Source: Candidatus Latescibacterota bacterium
GTDB lineage: Bacteria > Latescibacterota > UBA2968
Length of the DNA: 64,000 nt
Reading direction: 5' to 3'
NCBI GenBank assembly: GCA_965204375.1
Contig: OZ241986.1
Span: 4,192,001 to 4,256,000, forward strand
Shown: positions 51,624 to 63,911 of the stretch, piece after piece
How positions within the stretch are numbered: the stretch's first letter is position 1
Layout of the letters: every line of letters begins with the position of its first letter
Translations under genes and position numbers: made by a program
Notes under the pieces: model-generated
The model's input: only the letters and a program-made list of their open reading frames with translations
Told to the model about the DNA's origin: nothing
The model's database searches: none

Positions 51624-51722
51624 CGTGAAACAACGATAGCAGGCAAAAACCTCAAAACCACTGGATCTACACATCTACATTCATCTGCGTTCATCTGCGT
51701 TCATCTGCGGATCACACTTCAC

Positions 51723-54700
51723 ATGACCCTTCTAAAAAACACATTACTGTGCATCGCGCTTCTGGGCATCTCATCTCACCTCTGCGCGCAGGGGACCCAG
51801 GATGAAAACGCCCATTACGAACTCGCCACGCGGATCTTCAACGATGGACTCTATGCCGATGCCGCGCGGGAATACAAGCAATTCATCATCAACTACCCCA
51901 CCAGCAAGCGACTGCCCGATGCTATGCTGCGCGTTGGGCAGGCTCTTGCCAGAGCCGAACAATACGACCTCGCACTCGAAGCCTTTCAGCAATTCATCGA
52001 CCGCTACGCCACCCACATCGAAGTTGGTCGTGCAATGCGCGCACGCGCCAATGCACTCAGCCAACTTGGGGAACACACCCGAGCCGGCGCGGCCTATCGC
52101 GATGTACACGCGGCCTATCCCGCCTCGACAAACGCGCCTCAGGACCTCTTATCAGCCGGTGAGAACTACCACAAAGGCGGTGCCTTATCAGAAGCGGGCG
52201 CAGCCTATCGCCAACTCGCCGAACAATACCCCAAATCATCCCTGATCAACGAAGCCACCTTCAACCTGGGCCGCGTCCTCCTCGAAGAAACGCGCACCGA
52301 AGAAGCCCTCGTGCAATTTCGCACCCTCGCCGAACGTCCCGGTTCTGCAAAACGCAAACCCGACGCCCTCCTCGAAATGGGCAACATCGCCCTATCGCGC
52401 GACAACCTCTCGGAAGCAGAACGCATCTTTGCAAACCTGCGCGCCAGATATCCCGCAACACCCGCCGCCCAGAACTCGCACCTCATCACAGGCGCGTGGC
52501 ACGCCGACAAAAACGACTGGGCAAGCGCTGAAAAAACCTATAACAACGCCCTCGGAACAATACCGAACAACACCCGTCGCCAACAAGCCTTATTGGGAAG
52601 TGCAAATGCAAAACGCAAACTCGGCAAAAGCGAAAGTGCGCTACAGCGCTACGCCGCATTTCTAAGAGCCTACCCCAAAAGCCCTTTCCACGCCCATGCC
52701 CTGATAGGCTATGGCCGCACATTTGCAGACCTGAAAAATTATCGCAACGCACTGGACGCATTCAAAAATCTTCAGGAAAAATATCCAGACACAGACATCA
52801 GCATCCAGGCTTATGGCGACATCGGAAACTTATGGCGCGCGCTTGGAACGCACCAAAAGGCATTATCAGCCTATCAAACATACCTGACCCGCATACAATC
52901 CCCTATCGAAAAAGCCAATGCCCGACTGCACATCGCGCAAATCTGTGAAGACCTGCACTGGTACGACCTCGCAGCCGAAAATTATCGCACCCTGATCAAC
53001 AGCCCAATCGCACACTACGCCGCCGAAGGTCAAATTGGCCTCGCAGGTGTATTTGAAAAAACCGGAGAAACCGCACGCGCACTGCGAGAATATCGCACCT
53101 ACATCAAAAATCACGGCGACGCCTCGCACGCCGAAACAGCGGAAACGCGCATCCAGATCCTCACGGAATACGGCACAGAGACCGACCGCGACCGCACATG
53201 GATCGAACTCCTCGCCACCCTCCCCGGCATCGCCGACGACGCACACACGCAATTAAAACTGGGCAAAACCTTCTACAACCAAAAACACTACAACCGCGCA
53301 ATCACCCACCTCGAAACCGCGCTCGTATCCCAGAGTTTGCCCCTTGAAGCACCCGACGGATGGGCAGAACACATGTACGCGATCGCATCGGCTAACAACG
53401 ATACATCTGCATCAAACACACCCCCACCTACCGACACATCTGACGATACATCCAGTACGGGCGAAAAATCTTTCGCCCCTACATCGGACGACACACTCGC
53501 CCTTGCGGCCGAAGCCGCGCGCGCAGCCGAAGCCGCCCTCGCATTGGCTGACGGGCGAGGCATGCCCTACACGAATGCATCGACCAACAACGATACATCT
53601 GCATCGAACACACCCCTACCCACCGACACATCTGACGATACATCCAGTACGGGCGAAAAATCTTTCGCCCCTACATCGGACGACACATTCAGCAACGCAC
53701 CCCCCTGGGCACCTGAAGCCTATTATCTCCTCGGCAACAGCTACTTAAAACAGGCGCGCAGAGCCACCCTCGAAAACAAATCCCCAGACGAATGGCAAAA
53801 CAAGGGCCTCACAACACTCAAAATACTCATCCAAAAATTCCCCGACAACGACCACACAGAAGACGCCGCACTCGCAGTCATACACACAGAAACAGCCCAC
53901 ATACAACCCGACACCCTCCGCGCACAAACGCGCCTGAGCGCCTATCGCGCATATCGCAAAACACATGCCAACAGCCCCGACCTGCGCCTGAGAATCGCCG
54001 ACGCCCACTTCGCCAACACCCACATCGACAGCGCCCTGAGCCTGTACCTCCAGGTACAAAAAAACGCCGACAACCCCACACTAAAAGAAAAAGCCACATA
54101 TCGCATCGGCCTGTGTCAGGCGCAGCAACAACAACACGCGCGCGCCGAAGAAACCCTGAAAAACTTCCTCTTCGACTACCCCCAGAGCGACCTGTCATCC
54201 CACGCGCAATTTCAACTGGGGCGCATACTCCTCGACCGGGAATTTTACGCCAGCGCCGCCGAAGCATTCTCCGAACTCCTATCCGCAACGCCCTCACTCG
54301 CACTCCAGCGATCTGCCCGCTCGCTCCTATCAGAAAGCCACCACCGCCTGAGGAACTATCAACGCGCCATAGAAATAGACGAACGTTTGATCACCCACAA
54401 CACCACCCCCCAATTATTGCGCCGCCTCGCCAGATCTTATGCACAAAACAACCAGCGCGACAAAGCCATCACAACTTATAACATGTACCTCCGAAAATAT
54501 CCACAAGCACCTGACGCCGACAGCATCGCCTACACGCACGCCGAACACCTGACACATCTCAACCGCACATCAGAAGCCCTCACCGCCTTCCGCGAATTCT
54601 CCAAAAAATACCCCGACAGCCCGCTCGGCATCCAGGCAGACCAATCTGTGGGCGACCTCCTCTTTCAAACGGAAAAATACACCCAGGCCATCGCCGCGTA

Positions 54701-55679
54701 CCAGCGCATACCAGAACCCGCGCGCAACGAAACCATGGCCGCCCGCGAAGTCTTGAGCCTCTACCGCCTCCGGCGCATCAGCGAAGCCAACAAAGCCGCG
54801 GGCCAATTCAAAAAAACCTATAAAACAGCAACCGAATGGATCGCCCGCTTCGAAGTGGAAAAAGGCAAATACCAACTCGCCGTCAAAAACCCCAAAAAAG
54901 CGCGACAAATCTTTGAAGACATCTCCAAAAAATACGCCCGCACCGAAGCAGAAGCCGACGCGCGCTATTACATCATCCGCGCCTATTATAACGAAGGACC
55001 CGACAAAGACGGCAACAACGAACCCTATCTCAACGCACTGGGCACCTTCATAAAAAATTATCCCGACAGCCCGCACTGGGTAGATGCCAACCTCGAACTC
55101 GCCGCATTTTGGGAACGCAACGAAGAATACAACCTGTCTGCACGCGCATATCGCAACGCCATAGAAAAAGGCGTCACCCAATCCGAAAAACCCGACATCC
55201 TCCACAAACTCGCAAAAAATTACAGCAACCTCAACGCTTACGACCTCGCCATCAACTTTGCGCGCCAACTCACCCGAGAATTTCCCCAGCACCGCCTTGC
55301 CCTGAGCGCCCGCATCGACATCGGCACCATATACCTGCCCAACAAAGGCGACCACGAACAAGCCATTGCAGAACTGCGGCCCCTGCTCAAACTCGTAACT
55401 GTGGAAGACGAAAAAGCCAGCATCCAGTATTCCATCGCAGAAAATTATTTTGAACTGGCCGACTACGACAACGCACTCCGGGAATTCTTAATCCTCCGCT
55501 ACAACCAGAACGCGAGACCCATGTGGATCGTATCCGCACAAATGAAAGTAGCAGAATGCTATGCGGCACAGAACAACATCGCACAAGCCATACAAGAACT
55601 CGAAGCCATAAAACGCAGCCACGGCGCAGCCAGCATGTACGGCATTGGCGCGGAAAAGCGCATTCAACAACTAAAATAA
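51723..55679 (+). CDS. Large secreted tetratricopeptide-repeat protein (CpoB/BamD-like repeats) with a low-complexity insert
   Basis: Signal peptide; many 'YPxS..A' TPR units; duplicated Ser/Thr/Asp insert at ~53385-53687. Confidence 0.88.
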   Translation: MTLLKNTLLCIALLGISSHLCAQGTQDENAHYELATRIFNDGLYADAAREYKQFIINYPTSKRLPDAMLRVGQALARAEQYDLALEAFQQFIDRYATHIEVGRAMRARANALSQLGEHTRAGAAYRDVHAAYPASTNAPQDLLSAGENYHKGGALSEAGAAYRQLAEQYPKSSLINEATFNLGRVLLEETRTEEALVQFRTLAERPGSAKRKPDALLEMGNIALSRDNLSEAERIFANLRARYPATPAAQNSHLITGAWHADKNDWASAEKTYNNALGTIPNNTRRQQALLGSANAKRKLGKSESALQRYAAFLRAYPKSPFHAHALIGYGRTFADLKNYRNALDAFKNLQEKYPDTDISIQAYGDIGNLWRALGTHQKALSAYQTYLTRIQSPIEKANARLHIAQICEDLHWYDLAAENYRTLINSPIAHYAAEGQIGLAGVFEKTGETARALREYRTYIKNHGDASHAETAETRIQILTEYGTETDRDRTWIELLATLPGIADDAHTQLKLGKTFYNQKHYNRAITHLETALVSQSLPLEAPDGWAEHMYAIASANNDTSASNTPPPTDTSDDTSSTGEKSFAPTSDDTLALAAEAARAAEAALALADGRGMPYTNASTNNDTSASNTPLPTDTSDDTSSTGEKSFAPTSDDTFSNAPPWAPEAYYLLGNSYLKQARRATLENKSPDEWQNKGLTTLKILIQKFPDNDHTEDAALAVIHTETAHIQPDTLRAQTRLSAYRAYRKTHANSPDLRLRIADAHFANTHIDSALSLYLQVQKNADNPTLKEKATYRIGLCQAQQQQHARAEETLKNFLFDYPQSDLSSHAQFQLGRILLDREFYASAAEAFSELLSATPSLALQRSARSLLSESHHRLRNYQRAIEIDERLITHNTTPQLLRRLARSYAQNNQRDKAITTYNMYLRKYPQAPDADSIAYTHAEHLTHLNRTSEALTAFREFSKKYPDSPLGIQADQSVGDLLFQTEKYTQAIAAYQRIPEPARNETMAAREVLSLYRLRRISEANKAAGQFKKTYKTATEWIARFEVEKGKYQLAVKNPKKARQIFEDISKKYARTEAEADARYYIIRAYYNEGPDKDGNNEPYLNALGTFIKNYPDSPHWVDANLELAAFWERNEEYNLSARAYRNAIEKGVTQSEKPDILHKLAKNYSNLNAYDLAINFARQLTREFPQHRLALSARIDIGTIYLPNKGDHEQAIAELRPLLKLVTVEDEKASIQYSIAENYFELADYDNALREFLILRYNQNARPMWIVSAQMKVAECYAAQNNIAQAIQELEAIKRSHGAASMYGIGAEKRIQQLK

Positions 55680-55685
55680 AAAACC

Positions 55686-57233
55686 ATGCCCACCGACCAA
55701 AAAGAAGCCCTTATCATCGTCGATCAGCCCACTGCACTGGGCCGGGACCTGCGCGTTGCACTCGAAGAACTCGGCTGGCAAACCCTCGTCACCAACAGCG
55801 TGAGGCCCGCCAGAAAACTGCTCTCAGAAAACCAGTTTGACCTGCTCATCATAGACGAAACCACATTGCCCGAAATGCAACTCGCCGACATCTTATCCGA
55901 CCGACCTGAAAAAATCCCCGTCTTCGTCGTCACCACACAAGACGGCACGCAACTCCAAACAGCCCCTGCATTAGACCCCAATGCCCTGCTCTCCTATCCA
56001 CTCATCCCCGCAGAATTGCAGGACGCCCTGACGCAAAAACGCCCCCGGCCCGACACCACCATCCTCGGTCGCTCGGACGCCATGCAACAAATCCGGGAAA
56101 GCGTGGCACAAATCGCGCCCACCCCCGTCAGCGTACTCATCACAGGAGAAAGCGGCTCCGGAAAAAACCTCATCGCCGAAGCCATCCACCGGCAAAGCGC
56201 GCGCAGCCGCGAACCATTTCTCATCATCAACTGCGGCGCAATACCCGAAACCCTCCTCGAAAGCGAACTCTTCGGCCACGAAAAAGGCGCATTTACCGAC
56301 GCGCGCACGCAGCGGTCCGGCATCTTTGAAGCCGCCAACCGCGGCACCGTCTTCCTCGATGAAATCGGCGAAATGTCCCTCTCTGCACAGGTGCGCTTAT
56401 TGCGCGTCCTCGACGCCAAGGAAGTTACCCGCCTGGGCAGCACCGCCCCAATAGCCGTTGACGTCCGCGTCATAGCCGCCACCAATCGCAACCTGCAACA
56501 AGCCGTAGCCGAAGGCAAATTCAGGCAAGACCTCTACCAGCGCCTTCGCGTCATAGAAATCGAAATGCCTCCACTGCGCACCCATCCCTATGACATCCCC
56601 CTCATCGCACAAAACATCATCCAAAAACAAAGCGCCGAACTGAGCATGCCCCCCATAGCATTTGCGCCCGACGCGATGAACGCACTACAACAATACCACT
56701 GGCCCGGCAATGTCCGAGAACTCATCAACCTCATCGAACGCCTCATGGTCCTATCCAAAACCCGACACATAACCGCCGCGGACCTCGCGCAACACCTCGC
56801 CACATCCCCGGTGGCAGAATCATCTTATCTGCCCGTCCTCGCGGGCAAAACACCTGCAGAATCCGATCGCGACCTGCTCTATTGGGCAATACTCGAAGTC
56901 GCCAAAGACATCAAAGAACTCAAAGCCTATTTGATGCAAAACATGCAAACATCGCCCCCGCCATCTATACCCGTCCCCATCTATGACGCACCCATAGAAG
57001 AAACGGAAATCAAAGAAACCGAAGTAGAGGCAGGTTTTGAGCGGGGTACAACTGCGAAAGCAGTTCAACCTGCCCCTACTACCGAAAAGGACATACGCCC
57101 ACTGCGAGAACTCGAACGCGAAGCCATCGCCAATGCCCTGCGCGTAACCGGAGGACACCGCGAACGCACGGCAAAACTACTCGGCATGGCCGTACGCACC
57201 CTCTACCGCAAAATTGATCAATACGATCTATAA
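55686..57233 (+). CDS. Sigma54-dependent Fis-family regulator with a degenerate receiver domain
   Basis: GESGSGKN, ESELFGHEKGAFTDA, WPGNVREL, HTH. Confidence 0.9.
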   Translation: MPTDQKEALIIVDQPTALGRDLRVALEELGWQTLVTNSVRPARKLLSENQFDLLIIDETTLPEMQLADILSDRPEKIPVFVVTTQDGTQLQTAPALDPNALLSYPLIPAELQDALTQKRPRPDTTILGRSDAMQQIRESVAQIAPTPVSVLITGESGSGKNLIAEAIHRQSARSREPFLIINCGAIPETLLESELFGHEKGAFTDARTQRSGIFEAANRGTVFLDEIGEMSLSAQVRLLRVLDAKEVTRLGSTAPIAVDVRVIAATNRNLQQAVAEGKFRQDLYQRLRVIEIEMPPLRTHPYDIPLIAQNIIQKQSAELSMPPIAFAPDAMNALQQYHWPGNVRELINLIERLMVLSKTRHITAADLAQHLATSPVAESSYLPVLAGKTPAESDRDLLYWAILEVAKDIKELKAYLMQNMQTSPPPSIPVPIYDAPIEETEIKETEVEAGFERGTTAKAVQPAPTTEKDIRPLRELEREAIANALRVTGGHRERTAKLLGMAVRTLYRKIDQYDL

Positions 57234-57235
57234 AG

Positions 57236-57468
57236 GCAAGGGTGAAGTAGGAAGGGTGAAGGGTGAAATGGGATGAAGCACCAGCTTTAGGGTGGTTGGG
57301 GCGGGCCTTCTCACTTCACACTTCTCACTTCTAACTTCTTTTTTCGGAACCATCGGACGGGGTCGTGGGTCTAACCGTCGAAAATAGAAACTGTATAAAT
57401 GAAGGATGAAGATTGAAGTGTGAAGAAGCACCCCCCTTCTCACTTCTCACTTCACATTTCTCACTTCA
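57236..57468. repeat. Two inverted pairs of degenerate heptamer arrays
   Basis: (GAAGGGT/GAAGTGT)n followed by (CTTCTCA/CTTCACA)n, twice. Confidence 0.8.
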
Positions 57469-57484
57469 AAAAGGAGTACCCACC

Positions 57485-58966
<1,482 letters not shown>

Positions 58967-58977
58967 GGATCTAAATA

Positions 58978-60108
58978 ATGAGCACCTCTGAAGCGCGGCT
59001 CATGATAGCCGCCAGCGAAACCGACGCCGACATGTACTACGCCACGCGCTTTCTCGCGCCCGACCCCTTCATCTTCTTTCAAATCGGCGCAAAAAAACAC
59101 CTCCTCATGTCCGACCTGGAACGCGACCGCGCACGTGTCCAGGCCCAGGTCGATCACGTCCTCTCCCTATCCGAATACCAGAAAAAAGCAAAAAAAAACG
59201 ACACCGATGAAGAACCCTCTCAAATCGATGCCTTAAATGAAGTACTACAGGAAAAAAACATCACCCACCTGAACGTCCCCCGCGCCTTTGCCATAGCCAC
59301 GGCAGACGACCTGCGCGAACGCGGCTACACAGTAGAATTTCCAGAAGGCGCGTACTGGCCCGACCGGGAAATCAAAACCCCTGATGAAATCGAACACATC
59401 CGCGAAGTCCAACAACACACCGAAGCCGCAATGGACGCCGCCATAACCCTTATCCGCAACTCGGAAATCCGCGGCGACCTCCTCTACCACAACGGCGAAC
59501 CCCTCACATCGGAACGCGTCAAACGCGAAATAAAATTTCTCCTCCTCGAACGCGACTGCACAGCCGGTCACACCATCGTCGCCGGTGGCGACCAGGCCTG
59601 CGACCCCCACAACGAAGGCAGCGGACCCCTGCCCGCACATCAGTCCATCATCATCGACATCTTCCCCCGCTCAAACACCACCGGCTACTTCGCCGACCTC
59701 ACCCGCACCGTCGTCAAAGGCGACCCCTCTGCCGACCTCTATAACATCTACGACGCGGTCTTCGCCGGACAAAACCTCGTCCTCGACAGCATCCGCGCAG
59801 AAGCAGACGGCCAGGCCATCCACCGGGCACTCACAGAACTCTTTGAAAACCGCAACTTCGAAACCGGCAACATAGACGGCCGCATGCAGGGCTTCTTCCA
59901 CGGTACGGGTCACGGCCTGGGCCTTGAAATCCACGAACCCCCGCGCATCGGCAAAACCCCACAAACCCTCTGCGCCGGGCACATCGTCACCATCGAACCG
60001 GGCCTCTACTACCCGGGCAAGGGCGCCGTACGCATCGAAGACCTCGGGGTCGTCACCGAAGACGGACTCGAAAATTTAACGACCTATCCAAAATTCTTAA
60101 CTGTCTGA
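58978..60108 (+). CDS. Xaa-Pro peptidase (M24B)
   Basis: IIDIFP...ADLTRT, HGTGHGLGLEIHE, TIEPGLY, RIED. Confidence 0.92.
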   Translation: MSTSEARLMIAASETDADMYYATRFLAPDPFIFFQIGAKKHLLMSDLERDRARVQAQVDHVLSLSEYQKKAKKNDTDEEPSQIDALNEVLQEKNITHLNVPRAFAIATADDLRERGYTVEFPEGAYWPDREIKTPDEIEHIREVQQHTEAAMDAAITLIRNSEIRGDLLYHNGEPLTSERVKREIKFLLLERDCTAGHTIVAGGDQACDPHNEGSGPLPAHQSIIIDIFPRSNTTGYFADLTRTVVKGDPSADLYNIYDAVFAGQNLVLDSIRAEADGQAIHRALTELFENRNFETGNIDGRMQGFFHGTGHGLGLEIHEPPRIGKTPQTLCAGHIVTIEPGLYYPGKGAVRIEDLGVVTEDGLENLTTYPKFLTV

Positions 60109-60186
60109 AGCGGTGTACAACTGGTCGTTTTCCAGACCAGTTCATCAGGATTTGCAGGATTAGAGGATGGATTCGCATTTCACGTC

Positions 60187-61920
60187 TCACTCCCCACCCT
60201 CTACGCGAGCCGTAACAACATCAACCCCCTCATACTTTCGATGATGCACCGATGAAGCGTAATGCCGCAAAAGCCGGATCGAAAACTCGTGTTCATCCTC
60301 GGCATACGCATCGTCACCCAGATACGCGATCTGGTCTTCGATATTCTCGCCATCTGAAGCCGCCAAAAACTCAATCTCTGCTGCCCCCTCATCCCTGCGG
60401 ATACTCAGGATCAGCCGCCGCGGTGTACTGGAAGACGCCTCTTCATCCTCCGTCACAAGACTCACCAGCATCTCCTCCCCGACCGAACGCAGGCGGTATT
60501 GACCACGCTCTGACCAACCGTATTTCTCGGCAAACGCAACGAGAAACGCGTCAATTTTGGACAATGCAGACAACTCCAGCGGCACTTGAATTTTCCTTCG
60601 CCGTGAACGGGTCAATTCCAACAAAAGCGTCATGCCAATAACCGCCAGGCTCCCCACCGTAACCCCGCTATCGAGCAACTCGCCCATCAGCCCGTCGAAA
60701 AACCCCGCAATATTCCCAGACGCAAGCCCGAGCATCAGCGACACCGCAATAATGATCCCCTTGCGATGGTCAACCTGATCATCAAACGCCACCTTTGCCC
60801 CTTCCACGAAAAGCCCGCCAAACACAATGACATAAACAGCCGCCAAAACCGGACTCGGAATCGCAATGAGAAAAGCCCCTAACTTGGGCAAAAATGCCAC
60901 CCCTATCATGAACAAACCCAGGTACACACCCACCATCCGCACAGCCACGCCTGTGAGGGTGACATACGTGGCGGTAAGTGCCCAGGGCGTCGTGGCAGAG
61001 GGAATGCCCAAAATGCCCGCGATCAAATTGCCCACGCCATAGGCGTTGAGACCGCCTTGAACAACTCTGAAATCCTGTGCCTGTACTTGTCGGTGAGAGG
61101 CCCTTTGGATCACGCCAATATCCCCAACAGCCTTTACAAATGTTACCAAACCGACAAAAATAAAGGCCGGCAGAAGTGCCCAAAATTCAACGCCAAAGGA
61201 CAAATCAAATCCCTCCCATACGGGCGCGGGAAAGCCAATATAGGCGGCCTCGGTCACACTGCTGTTGTCGTACAAGCCCAAAGGCACGGCGAAAATCAGA
61301 CCCGCCAAAATGATAATACCGACGATCCAAAGCCGCCAGGTTTGTGGCGCGCGCAGAATCACCAATACCCCAACGAGCAAAGATATTGCCATCGTCGCGA
61401 TAACGCGATCAACGGGCAAATCCTGTGTCGATTTCACAACATCATCAAAAAGAAAGGGCGCTGCCGTCCCCGCGACCAACATAACGATCGTACCGCTGAC
61501 GGTTCGCGTAAATATCCGGCGCAACAGCGGAAGGTACGCAGTGAGCACAATCTGAACGAGCGTGGAGACAACCATCAAACTCGCCAGCAAGCCCGGCCCG
61601 CCTTTCTGTAAGGCGAGCGTCGAGATCGCAATAAAGGGGATATTGAACCCCGTCAGAATCAGGTGTTTGGCCCCGATTCGACCAAACCGAAACGCCTGAA
61701 TAATGGACGTGAACCCGCAAGTTATCAAGGCCATAAACACGGCCCACGGCAAATAGGCCCCAGTCTCGCCCGCTGATCGAATGACCACAGTCGTAAACAC
61801 CACAACCATGACGATATTCGGTGACGCCATCTGAATGGCAGAGAATATGGCTACAGACCGAGGACAATCGTCCTCTGGTTCGTAAAGAATACCTTCATTT
61901 ACCTGCCTGACTTCCGCCAT
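60187..61920 (-). CDS. NCS2 (xanthine/uracil permease)-like membrane protein with a C-terminal HATPase/anti-sigma-like extension
   Basis: NCS2-like TM layout (G.TSIIQAFRFGRIGA, FLPKLGAFLIAIPSPV); ~140-aa soluble tail. Confidence 0.8.
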   Translation of the reverse strand: MAEVRQVNEGILYEPEDDCPRSVAIFSAIQMASPNIVMVVVFTTVVIRSAGETGAYLPWAVFMALITCGFTSIIQAFRFGRIGAKHLILTGFNIPFIAISTLALQKGGPGLLASLMVVSTLVQIVLTAYLPLLRRIFTRTVSGTIVMLVAGTAAPFLFDDVVKSTQDLPVDRVIATMAISLLVGVLVILRAPQTWRLWIVGIIILAGLIFAVPLGLYDNSSVTEAAYIGFPAPVWEGFDLSFGVEFWALLPAFIFVGLVTFVKAVGDIGVIQRASHRQVQAQDFRVVQGGLNAYGVGNLIAGILGIPSATTPWALTATYVTLTGVAVRMVGVYLGLFMIGVAFLPKLGAFLIAIPSPVLAAVYVIVFGGLFVEGAKVAFDDQVDHRKGIIIAVSLMLGLASGNIAGFFDGLMGELLDSGVTVGSLAVIGMTLLLELTRSRRRKIQVPLELSALSKIDAFLVAFAEKYGWSERGQYRLRSVGEEMLVSLVTEDEEASSSTPRRLILSIRRDEGAAEIEFLAASDGENIEDQIAYLGDDAYAEDEHEFSIRLLRHYASSVHHRKYEGVDVVTARVEGGE

Positions 61921-61981
61921 GATTACATCCTCTAATATTGCGTGGTGCAAACGCAGCCATGACCAACATGGGTTTCGCCGC

Positions 61982-63911
61982 CTACTTGCTCGTGAAGTAA
62001 GCCGACGCGAAAATCAGCCCGTCGTGCAGGACCGCCCATATATGCGCCACATCATCTTCAGCCGTGCGCGGGTTGAAGAATGGGCGTTGGGTCCATTTTC
62101 CTTCCTCAGTGGCGGTAAACTGCACTGCAGTACCGATGCGCCCCGGATTGATCGCAAAGGTGAGAATCGTGTTGTTCGCGTCACCCATAATCAGATACCA
62201 CTGCCCGTCAATGCTCTTCGAACTGTTGTAATACGCCACCGTCGCCTCCAGGCCGTTCTCGTTGTAGTAGGCTATCGCCTCAGCCACATAAGCCTGCGTG
62301 TAGGCTGCCGGGTCTTCCTCCTCTGGGTAGTAGCCCGACGCGAAGATCAGCCCGTCGTGCCGCACCACATAAGTGACCTTCGGCACCTCCTGCAAGGTCA
62401 AGGGATGCGGCCACAGGTAGTTCACCCAATGCCCCTCTTCCGTCGCCTTGGCGATCTCCTTGCCCAACTCGTAGCCGTCTGAACCCACCACATCCTTGAT
62501 GTCCGTGCCGATGAGATGAGGCAATAACCCATGGACGATGTAAAGGTCGTTGGCATCCATAATAAACATATACCACTGCCCCTCAAAACTCGCCACGCTG
62601 TTGTAATAGTGCTTCAGCGCCTCTAACCCGTCGCGCTCATACCGCGCAATCGCCTTTTCGACATACGTAACCGTGTATTCACGCGGGTCGGCGCCCTTCC
62701 AGGCCGGCGGCTCAGCATTCGGATCGGGCGTGTAATAACCCGACGCAAAGATCATTCCATCGTGACGAATCACCCACGCGCTCTTCAGCGCCGGTGACGG
62801 GATGCGGCCACAGATAATCAACCCAGTGCCCTTCTTCCGTCGCCATGGCGATCTCCTTGCCCAACTCCTGACCGTCCGATCCCACCACATCCTTGATGTC
62901 CGTGCCTTTCAGGTGCGGAAAAATCGGATGTGCCAGATAGATGTCGTTCTCGTCAATCAGGAAGAGATAAAACTGTCCATCAACACTCTCCCGGCTATCG
63001 TAGTACGCCACCGTCGCGTCCCGTCCTTCGCGGTCGTACATATTTATCGCCTTCTGCACGTAGTCCCGCGTGAAGTCGGCGAGGTCCTCGCGGACGATGA
63101 AATGGCCGGACACGAATATCAGACCGTCGTAGAGCACCAGGAGGCTTAATCTCGGCTCCTGCTGCTGCGTGACGGGATTAAAGCCGAGGCTTTCAGCCCA
63201 ATGTCCCTCTGCGGTCGCTTGCCCTAAGAAAAGCCCTAAAGTAGTTCCAGGCGCAGTAAAAGTGTTATCCCCAACAAATTGAGGGTACACCAAAGAGGCC
63301 AGAACGGTCTGGTCACCCGCCTGCAGGATCATCATGGTCCGCTCGCCTTCGGCACTCTCCTCGCTGTTGTAATACGCCAGCGTCGCCTCCAATCCATCGC
63401 GCTCGTATCGCGCAATCCCCGCTTCCACATACGCACGCGTCACATCACGCCGATTAGCAGAAGGTGGCATCACACCCGAAGACCCCATGACCTGCGCTCG
63501 TCCTCCAATCGGCAAATCCACCATCACCTCAACACCCGCATTCAACGGAATACTCGACCAAGACCCGATCTCACCACCATCCCGCATAACACGCGCCTGA
63601 TAATATCCACTGCCAGCAGTAATCTCCACGCTCGCCTGACCTTCATCATCCGTCATACCCGACCAATCATAACTCGCCGACTGACCCGCTACTGAACGCG
63701 AAAACTCTACCATCACACCACTGACTGGCGTCTCAGCCTCATGCACCGTCGCCACCACGACCAGAGAATGTCCAGCCACCGCCACTTTACTCAACGGACG
63801 ACCGACCTCCTCGTCTCCTACCTGCGACTGCGTCACCCGATCACCCCCACAACTCCACATCACACCCGCGACCAGTGCAATAGCAAACATACCACAAAGA
63901 CTTCGCAACAT
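61982..63911 (-). pseudogene. Lipoprotein with four tandem Cache-like domains, frameshifted at ~62785
   Basis: AAGGAG RBS, lipobox VMWSC, four YVxxAIxxYxxxGxEATxAYY repeats; reading frame switches between ORFs 62712-63968 and 61982-62890. Confidence 0.82.

Noticed and set aside
51266-51694. Hydrophobic Cys/Phe-rich ORFs on the minus strand
   Set aside because: Artefacts of the A-rich 32-bp tandem repeat
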